Positions 57,517 through 64,000 of a stretch of 64,000 nt of DNA are shown piece by piece; within the stretch, counting starts at the first letter, position 1; each line of letters starts with the position of its first letter. The DNA is taken from the IMG/VR virus record IMGVR_UViG_3300006990_000025. One strand, written 5' to 3'. The DNA comes from an uncultured virus (IMG/VR IMGVR_UViG_3300006990_000025). Lineage: Duplodnaviria; Heunggongvirae; Uroviricota; Caudoviricetes. A program made the position numbers and the translations under genes. The notes beneath the pieces were generated by a model. That model had not been told where the DNA came from and did no database searches. It saw only the letters and a program-made list of their open reading frames with translations.

Positions 57517-59835
57517 TTAATCCTCCGCATCTAAGGCTCTTTTGAGTTTAGAAGCCCACGATTTACCCGCACGGCCACCCCAAAGCATAGCCGCAGTCCA
57601 TGCTGGACTATCTTTCGGCTCATCTAAGAATCGAGCGTTTCTTCCCCACCATCTAATCATTTTCTTAGCCTTGAAAACAGTTATTGCAGTACCCCGTGCA
57701 ATTGCTCTTGCTTCTTTTACAGTTGTTCCTTCTAATCCTGACCCACCGTAACCATCTTCAAAGAGTTTTATTCCTGTCTTACAAGCACTTCTAACTCCCT
57801 GTGGTGGGATTCTGTCTTTTTTTGTTAATGCTCTCTTGTCTATAATGTCCTCTGTTATCTCTTCATCTTCAACAGACTTCTTACTTGATAGTGGGTGTCC
57901 TTTTGGAAATAAATCTTGGTCATGTTTGCCACCCCTCCACTTGCCATTTTTCAAAGCATACAAGAATGAATTGACTCTCGCATAAGCCCATTGGTCAGCA
58001 CTACTCACGGAAGGTCGCACTGATTGAGGGTTAGAATTGTATGCACCTACTCCCCTTCGGAAGACTGACACAAGGGTTCGGGTGCTTGTCTTTTTAGTGG
58101 GTGTGCTAACAGAGGCGTTGTGTTTCTTGGCTTTCTCTGCCAATGTCTTTCTCACACCCGCCGCCACTTTCTTTGTTTGTGGTTCTTTAATTACTCTTAG
58201 CATAGATACTTTTACTGGAACGCTTCTATCACTGCGGCTATATGTTCCATCTTCGTTATCAACATAAACAACAACCCGTGCAACTGCATTATCTTCACTT
58301 GCCTCAATTGTTTCTTGTCCTCCACTTGAAGTAACAACCGCTACTTCACCGGAAGTTATCACTGATGAAACCTGACCGACATATTTTCCTTTTTGGGTAG
58401 TCCAAGATACATACTGTCCGTTCTCAACACTATCGGCTTTCATAACCCAATAGTCATAATGCCCGACTGGGGCTTCCGAAAAGTTTTCCGAAAAAGTTTG
58501 AAAACTTTCTTGACGCTGATTAATAGTTAATTTTGGTGATAAGAAAGACGGGTCATCGGCGTTTGCTTCGGGTATTGCTTCAAGTCCGAGCATGTGCCGT
58601 GACTCATTGATGCTAATAACTCCCTCTTGTCTAAGAGCGGCGATAGCCTGACCCTGCGCCCTAACAACTTCGGCCATTACCTTTTGTTTAGATGGTCGAA
58701 TTGAATTAAACTTGAACCTGTAATCTTTAACCCCCAACAGTGGTAGTATCTTATGATTTACCATAGATTCTATTCTGTATTGATATGCTTCAACAACATC
58801 GTACCAAGAGTCGAGTTGTGTTTCTGGATTTGACATTTTACCTGTTTGCACCCAACCAAGTTTCATTGGAGGTATGCCGAATACTGCACATATCTCTTCC
58901 CTGTAATAGTAAAGTAAATCCAAATGCTGACCATCTTTCATAGAGTCGAGTAATCGAACAGTTTGAAACCCTGTTCCACCATTAACCGCTACAAGACCAA
59001 ATGGTGATTTGCCCCCGCTCAACTGTTGCTCAAGCATGGTTAGCATAGATTTCATTTCAGCGTTAGAAACATCTCCAACATTGAGAATCGTCTTTGGTAA
59101 TGTGCCAGTGAATGATTCGTTTATGTAATTCGATAAGTTTAGATGCCCTGCAATAGTATTCATCAAAGGAACAATCGGTGAAGAACCATACCCTCTCCCT
59201 GCTTTGTATTTTGATATGTGAAGAACTTTTGTTGAAGTGAACATTCGTTTCTTGCCATTGATGGTTTGAACATAAGCCATAGCAGGTGGTGCAGGAGTTC
59301 TGTTAGCAGGAACAAGCCTCATAGTTTCAGCAGGAATATTCCATATAGATGTAAGGTTGCCACCAAAATTCCAGTTTTGACCATTGTTAGTTGATTTATC
59401 TTTTGACCCATCCAATTCTAAATACGCATCACCAAATAGTGCCAAGTCAAAGATTAACGATTCAAGCCATTCGTCGCCATTATCGTCAGGGTTTGGTGTT
59501 TTGAAAAACTCTCTAAGCGTAGTTAGTTCAGCATCATTCCCTTGTTCGATGCCGTCTTGTAAGTGAAACTGATAGCCGTTACCTAATGTATCATCAACTG
59601 TCCTTCTTAGAATGGCATTTATAACTTCATTTTGAAGGCTAATTTGTTTAATTAAAGTGTAATCAATGTCGGGGCTTGCACTTTTGCTATGATAGCCTTT
59701 TCCAGCAGTTTGCATACCTATTTTTGTCAAAGAGGCTAATGCCTTTGTATCTAATTCCCCTCTATCTGGAACGGGAAGTGCTTCTATTCGATTTCTTTTA
59801 AACAAATCAAGAAAACGCCTACGCCCCTCCGCCAT
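57517..59835 (-). CDS. portal protein with ~310-aa multi-domain C-terminal extension
   Basis: FFKTPNP, DLALFGDAYLE, GYGSSPI, ICAVFGIPPMKLG and GVISINESR portal motifs. Confidence 0.95.
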   Translation of the reverse strand: MAEGRRRFLDLFKRNRIEALPVPDRGELDTKALASLTKIGMQTAGKGYHSKSASPDIDYTLIKQISLQNEVINAILRRTVDDTLGNGYQFHLQDGIEQGNDAELTTLREFFKTPNPDDNGDEWLESLIFDLALFGDAYLELDGSKDKSTNNGQNWNFGGNLTSIWNIPAETMRLVPANRTPAPPAMAYVQTINGKKRMFTSTKVLHISKYKAGRGYGSSPIVPLMNTIAGHLNLSNYINESFTGTLPKTILNVGDVSNAEMKSMLTMLEQQLSGGKSPFGLVAVNGGTGFQTVRLLDSMKDGQHLDLLYYYREEICAVFGIPPMKLGWVQTGKMSNPETQLDSWYDVVEAYQYRIESMVNHKILPLLGVKDYRFKFNSIRPSKQKVMAEVVRAQGQAIAALRQEGVISINESRHMLGLEAIPEANADDPSFLSPKLTINQRQESFQTFSENFSEAPVGHYDYWVMKADSVENGQYVSWTTQKGKYVGQVSSVITSGEVAVVTSSGGQETIEASEDNAVARVVVYVDNEDGTYSRSDRSVPVKVSMLRVIKEPQTKKVAAGVRKTLAEKAKKHNASVSTPTKKTSTRTLVSVFRRGVGAYNSNPQSVRPSVSSADQWAYARVNSFLYALKNGKWRGGKHDQDLFPKGHPLSSKKSVEDEEITEDIIDKRALTKKDRIPPQGVRSACKTGIKLFEDGYGGSGLEGTTVKEARAIARGTAITVFKAKKMIRWWGRNARFLDEPKDSPAWTAAMLWGGRAGKSWASKLKRALDAED

Positions 59836-59874
59836 GAACCTTACTATATGCCTTTGGTTCTAAACCTTATCGGC

Positions 59875-60246
59875 TTATTTTGTTTCAAGTTTCAACTTTT
59901 CCAACTCAACCTTCATCTCATGGTCATGTTGAGCCTTAGCCAAATTCATTTCATGCTCATGTTGAGCCTTTGCTCTTGCCAGTCTTGCTTCGGTTTCAGC
60001 AGGAATAGCATCAACTTCATTCTTTTGTTCTGTTTTCCAAAGTTCAAGAATGCTATTCATAAACATGAGAGCCGGACCACTTATGAAACCCAATAAGATA
60101 CCATACTCTTCAAGCCTATCTAGTAGTTCGGGGTTGTTTAATCCTCTCCAAATAATAAGACATGCGAACCCTACAAATGCAAGTATTGATGGAACACCAA
60201 TAACCCACACTAATTTATCATTTTGACTTGCTTTGTTATTACTCAT
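59875..60246 (-). CDS. two-TM membrane protein (holin-like candidate)
   Basis: True start MSNNK at 60246 after AGGAG; two hydrophobic helices and a charged C-terminus with an AKAQHEHEM/AKAQHDHEM repeat. Confidence 0.65.
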   Translation of the reverse strand: MSNNKASQNDKLVWVIGVPSILAFVGFACLIIWRGLNNPELLDRLEEYGILLGFISGPALMFMNSILELWKTEQKNEVDAIPAETEARLARAKAQHEHEMNLAKAQHDHEMKVELEKLKLETK

Positions 60247-60260
60247 ATTATCATCTCCTT

Positions 60261-60521
60261 TTACATAATCACTGGTAATCCGAGAACTGCGCTTATTACT
60301 CCAATACCAATCCCGATAACTTTCTTGACGACGCTTCTTAGTTCGCCTTCCACTTCTTGTTTGAATGCCATTACTACTTCTATGTCTTTCTTCATCTCGG
60401 CTTGTTCTATTTTCATCTCGCTTATGTCGTCGGCTATGTGAGCCAAGTGGTTGTCTCTGATTTGAACTACATCGGCGTGAACCTGTTTCATCATCACTAA
60501 CAGAGCGTCGCTTGGTGACAT
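60261..60521 (-). CDS. coiled-coil protein with C-terminal TM helix
   Basis: IRDNHLAHI coiled coil followed by VIGIGIGVISAVLGLPVIM. Confidence 0.7.
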   Translation of the reverse strand: MSPSDALLVMMKQVHADVVQIRDNHLAHIADDISEMKIEQAEMKKDIEVVMAFKQEVEGELRSVVKKVIGIGIGVISAVLGLPVIM

Positions 60522-60646
60522 TACTTATTGACAGTAATACACGGTTAAAAAGGTATATGATGTGACGGGGTATAGTCAGCATCAAGGGAGTCAAAACCCA
60601 TATCCATAAAGCGATTAGATATGATAGTGGAAGTATGAAAATTACA

Positions 60647-62173
60647 TCAAGCACCAAAAGTCCTCATCTCCATTACACCGCCCCCATCAAAGACTTGTAA
60701 TGCCAACCTTGCATAAAGTAAAGCATGAAAAGCATGGTCGTCACTATCTCTTCCATACTTGGTTAGAGTTTGTCCTCTAATCGGTTTGGTATTTTTCTCA
60801 TCCTTTTCAGCCGATGAAGTTATTGAAGTCCATTGATGAATCACCCAGTCAAGCGACTCATCTTCATATGGTAGTGATATTTCACCACGCTTAATTTGTT
60901 CTAATGTTTCTTCAACATAAGTGGTTCTATCAACTACGCACATATAGATTAGATTCCTGTTGTTATCCCTGCGCTTGTATTCGTAAGGTGTCATTGGCCT
61001 TGATGAATAATAACAAGACCTAACTCTTTCTCCAAATTCCTCTTGAAGTTCCTTGACCTGTCTTGCACCATAACCAATATCAGCAACAACTTGAACGCAG
61101 TTATAATCTGTAATAAGTTTCTTCAATATGGCAACTTCATCACCTTCGCCTGATTCTCTTGCATCCAGTTCAAGTGCATTTAGTATAACTCCCTTATCGG
61201 TCATAATAACTACGGTGGTTGTTGCTCCCCAATCAATACCCATGAAAGTTTCCTGTGGTGGTAAAACTCCCCTGACTATTCCCCTATTTCTATCAAGACA
61301 TGGTAGCACTTCATCGAATGTTAGAGGTTTAGAAGTACCCGCCCAAAATTCACCCAGTACCTCATTTGCATATCGTCTTGGTGTGTATGTTTCTTTCTTT
61401 TGGGCTATATCGGCTGAACTAATATCGGGGTGCATAGTTTGTGATATATGATAACCGATAATGTTAGCCTTGCTATCTGTATGAACCCATCTTTGGGCTT
61501 CTTCATCCCATTCTCCCTGTGTTGATTTTTCCCACATTTTCCAAAATTCCGAACCCTGTTCACGGGCAGTTCCAGACACAACTACCCATTTGTAATCCGA
61601 TTGAGCCAACATCTCAACCAACATAGGCAATACATCGGAGTCGGAGTCTTGGTATTCATCAACACAACATAAATCGGCCTCAATACCCAACAGAGCGTGA
61701 GCATCACCCCAATTAGAATAAGCGTATAGGTGATTCAAAGATAAAGCCCCAACATCGAATGTTTGGTGACTGACACTTGATTTGATTCTTGATTTTAATA
61801 AGCACCCACCGTTAATACTGCTCATCATAGCACCATTGAACCTCTCTTCAACAAACCTTGTCACTTGAGGTTGTCTTGGTGCAGTATAGACCGCATTGAA
61901 ATAAGGTATATTCAACAAAGCGTAAAGCAATAAGTTGCATATCGTTTCAGTTTTCTCAACCTTCCTACTGCATTTTAGCATTATCATTTTGGTGGTGTCA
62001 GACTTTTCCATAGCCCCGAAGTGCCTATAAATCTCAATAAGATATGGCCGCTCATCAAGCATGAACGGTTTGCCGTCAATAGTTCGGAAGTATTGCGACC
62101 ATCTATCGGGGTAAAGTGCAACGGCTTTCGCCTGTTCCGCATTGAGCCGACTGGTATTAGCAGGTTCGCCCAT
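60647..62173 (-). CDS. terL: terminase large subunit
   Basis: RPYLIEI adenine-binding region, atypical Walker A KCSRKVEKT, Walker B LCCVDE, coupling motif VSGT, nuclease motifs MGIDWG and DDHAFHA. Confidence 0.92.
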   Translation of the reverse strand: MGEPANTSRLNAEQAKAVALYPDRWSQYFRTIDGKPFMLDERPYLIEIYRHFGAMEKSDTTKMIMLKCSRKVEKTETICNLLLYALLNIPYFNAVYTAPRQPQVTRFVEERFNGAMMSSINGGCLLKSRIKSSVSHQTFDVGALSLNHLYAYSNWGDAHALLGIEADLCCVDEYQDSDSDVLPMLVEMLAQSDYKWVVVSGTAREQGSEFWKMWEKSTQGEWDEEAQRWVHTDSKANIIGYHISQTMHPDISSADIAQKKETYTPRRYANEVLGEFWAGTSKPLTFDEVLPCLDRNRGIVRGVLPPQETFMGIDWGATTTVVIMTDKGVILNALELDARESGEGDEVAILKKLITDYNCVQVVADIGYGARQVKELQEEFGERVRSCYYSSRPMTPYEYKRRDNNRNLIYMCVVDRTTYVEETLEQIKRGEISLPYEDESLDWVIHQWTSITSSAEKDEKNTKPIRGQTLTKYGRDSDDHAFHALLYARLALQVFDGGGVMEMRTFGA

Positions 62174-62215
62174 AACCCCGCTTGGGGCGTTAGGGTTTAG
62201 AACCGTTGTGGTTGT

Positions 62216-62386
62216 TCATACTCTTCTATCAACTACCCAATGACGGATTCTGTAATTGACCCATTCGTAAGTATCACAACTCTTACAATAAATTACCTCA
62301 TCACCTGCAACATATACATTTGATTTGTCGCAACAATCGCAGTTCACTTTTGTAGTTATCTTCCCTCTTTGGTGTGTTATCGCCAT
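62216..62386 (-). CDS. 56-aa Zn-ribbon protein, not in ORF track
   Basis: MAITHQRGKITTKVNCDCC...YCKSC; own promoter at about 62406-62428. Confidence 0.7.
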   Translation of the reverse strand: MAITHQRGKITTKVNCDCCDKSNVYVAGDEVIYCKSCDTYEWVNYRIRHWVVDRRV

Positions 62387-62425
62387 GTTACAAGATGGGG
62401 GGTCGCCCCTATATAACAGTTGTGT

Positions 62426-62695
62426 CTATTCTTCCACTATTTCAACCAAATTATCAGGAGGAAGGCTCGCCAAGCCCCAAAAAATACCACATGGTTTGCC
62501 ACATATCACGGCTATGTTAGGCCATTTGTTGCCGTCACCTAACCACAGAGCGTCTATTGGTCCGGTTCTTTCACAACTCGGACATTCTTTGACAGTGCCT
62601 ACTCCACTAACTTTAGTTTTGTAGCCTTTGTCATCCCCGTTATTTGGAACAAGAACCATAGATGGTATTTTTTTGTTAGTCAGCCATTGAGTCAT
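62426..62695 (-). CDS. Zn-ribbon hypothetical protein
   Basis: CPSC...CGKPC motifs; probable start MTQWL. Confidence 0.6.
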   Translation of the reverse strand: MTQWLTNKKIPSMVLVPNNGDDKGYKTKVSGVGTVKECPSCERTGPIDALWLGDGNKWPNIAVICGKPCGIFWGLASLPPDNLVEIVEE

Positions 62696-62948
62696 CAACG
62701 CCCACCGCCATATATTCACATCTAACTCTGGCGTTACCATGACGGTTAATGCCGTTCTTAGAAATCTCAACAGACTTTATCTCGCCTTCCTTTGCCAGTC
62801 GCTTGAGAATGAAACTCATTTGTCTTGGTGTCCTTTGGTACTTTTGAGAGTTGTTTACTGCGTCAGCAATAACACCTGCACCCAACGCTCTTTTTTCAGT
62901 TGCCAGTTTGTCTTTTATTGCTTGCCGAATGCTTTTGGGTATCTTCAT
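62676..62948 (-). CDS. winged-helix DNA-binding protein, putative
   Basis: LGAGVIADAV...TPRQMSFILKRLAKEGEI followed by a beta-wing; AGGAG ribosome-binding site. Confidence 0.6.
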   Translation of the reverse strand: MKIPKSIRQAIKDKLATEKRALGAGVIADAVNNSQKYQRTPRQMSFILKRLAKEGEIKSVEISKNGINRHGNARVRCEYMAVGVDDSMAD

Positions 62949-63003
62949 GTCGCTTTCTCCTGTATAGTCCTATATACTGGTAGTATATAACCTTTACCCC
63001 AAC

Positions 63004-63978
63004 CTACTCAACAATAAGTCCTTTTTTCTTGCATTCAGGACACTTCAAGTTAAGCGATGGCGGGGGCATATCACCCTCATTAAGCGACACTATAACTCTT
63101 TGCCCGCATACTGTGCATCTAACTTGGTTTATGTAATAATCACCACTTGCTTTGTTGTGGTTGAGTCTTATAGGCAACCGCTTATCTAAATAAATTGGAG
63201 GTATAGGTTTAGAAACATTTATAGACTCCCCGCCCACCTGCGTATCGCCTCCGCCTGATTCAAGACCCGAAGCAGGGTCTATTGGTTCTTGTAGTTTCAT
63301 TTTACTTCTAACGCCATTGGCAGTATATTTTCCATCAAGTAAAGCCGATGAATTGTAACCGTTTACATCAGCACTTGTAAAATAATTAGGACTGAAAGCC
63401 CATGTTATCACATTGGACTCCTGCAAGATGTATAAAGCCGAATTTGAAAGAACAACATTATGCGAATTTAAGTGAGTTTTTTGGTCATAACCTAAACAAT
63501 CCTGACCTGCTGATGGATTTTTGGCATAGTGACCTATGGAATATAATAGCCGTGCAATATAATCCGAGCCTTGTAATGATTTATGATATGACCTCCATTC
63601 GACAAATCTCGCTTCACAATCTTTCATGTAAAGTTCCTGTGTCTTATCATCATCAATTGGATTTGGATATAATGCGTGTATAACAGTTGATTGCGCCCCC
63701 ATCCTTCTTTGAGCATAATTACTTTTAGTCACTGTTGCATTTTCCAATAAAACAAATGTCAGGAATATATCTTGTGTTGAATCAACCGGCTTATTCATTA
63801 CAATAGCCCATTCCCTGTTTAATTTTAACTCCATTGTTGTATCAGATTTTTGATATAAATATCCAACAACGCATGAGTTCGCACTAGAAAGCATTTCCTC
63901 ATCTTCCGAAGTGAAACCATGTCTTAAAGAACCGTGAGTTACCCCCCGTAAATTGTGTTTCGCAGTTATTCTAATCAT
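63004..63978 (-). CDS. hypothetical protein with C-terminal Zn ribbon
   Basis: 324 aa; CTVCG...CPEC motifs. Confidence 0.75.
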   Translation of the reverse strand: MIRITAKHNLRGVTHGSLRHGFTSEDEEMLSSANSCVVGYLYQKSDTTMELKLNREWAIVMNKPVDSTQDIFLTFVLLENATVTKSNYAQRRMGAQSTVIHALYPNPIDDDKTQELYMKDCEARFVEWRSYHKSLQGSDYIARLLYSIGHYAKNPSAGQDCLGYDQKTHLNSHNVVLSNSALYILQESNVITWAFSPNYFTSADVNGYNSSALLDGKYTANGVRSKMKLQEPIDPASGLESGGGDTQVGGESINVSKPIPPIYLDKRLPIRLNHNKASGDYYINQVRCTVCGQRVIVSLNEGDMPPPSLNLKCPECKKKGLIVE

Positions 63979-64000
63979 TGGATTAGGTAATGAACTTCTT

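Noticed and set aside
60247..60657. N-terminal half of the 260-aa track ORF 59875-60657
   Set aside because: It overlaps the better-supported 60261-60521 gene; the true start is at 60246 after an AGGAG site.
1..64000. tRNA/rRNA genes, integrase, reverse transcriptase/DGR, inteins
   Set aside because: No cloverleaf with a T-loop, and no recombinase, RT or intein motifs recognised by eye. A tRNAscan-SE or HMM search would be needed to exclude them formally.

Overview
The window is a large part of a tailed (Caudoviricetes, HK97-fold, siphovirus-like) dsDNA virus genome with an archaeal host. Almost all genes are on the minus strand. Evidence for the archaeal host: a PCNA-like clamp, a fused PriS-PriL primase, an ERCC4/XPF nuclease, an RPA-like protein, TATA-box promoters about 22 nt upstream of start codons (leaderless mRNAs) and a GGAGGTGA ribosome-binding site. 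The non-acidic proteome, UV-repair glycosylase and PKD/LamG adhesins suggest a marine virus, possibly magrovirus-like (Marine Group II/Poseidoniales host); this is inference only. Layout in transcription order (right to left): terminase large subunit, portal, protease/scaffold, MCP and neck genes (62-52 kb); accessory and adhesin genes plus an XPD/DinG helicase (52-36 kb); baseplate hub; a replication/recombination block (34-27 kb) inside the tail module; tail tube, chaperone with a -1 frameshift, tape measure and a giant PKD/Dit-like protein (27-17.5 kb); primase, ERCC4 nuclease, tail fibre, two C5 methyltransferases and a candidate terminase small subunit (17-7 kb). No DNA polymerase is visible in the window. 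The most unusual part is the first 7 kb: small single-gene cassettes separated by repeated non-coding modules. These modules contain back-to-back BRE/TATA elements, a conserved CTGA..AGGCACGGGGGGAG element between convergent promoters, ORB-like TTCCAGTGGA motifs and two clusters of GTATCGGCTAA repeats. Two promoter-driven, ORF-poor, highly structured RNA candidates (about 3890-4134 and 34300-34491) share similar 5' ends. All functional calls come from motif recognition by eye, not database searches.
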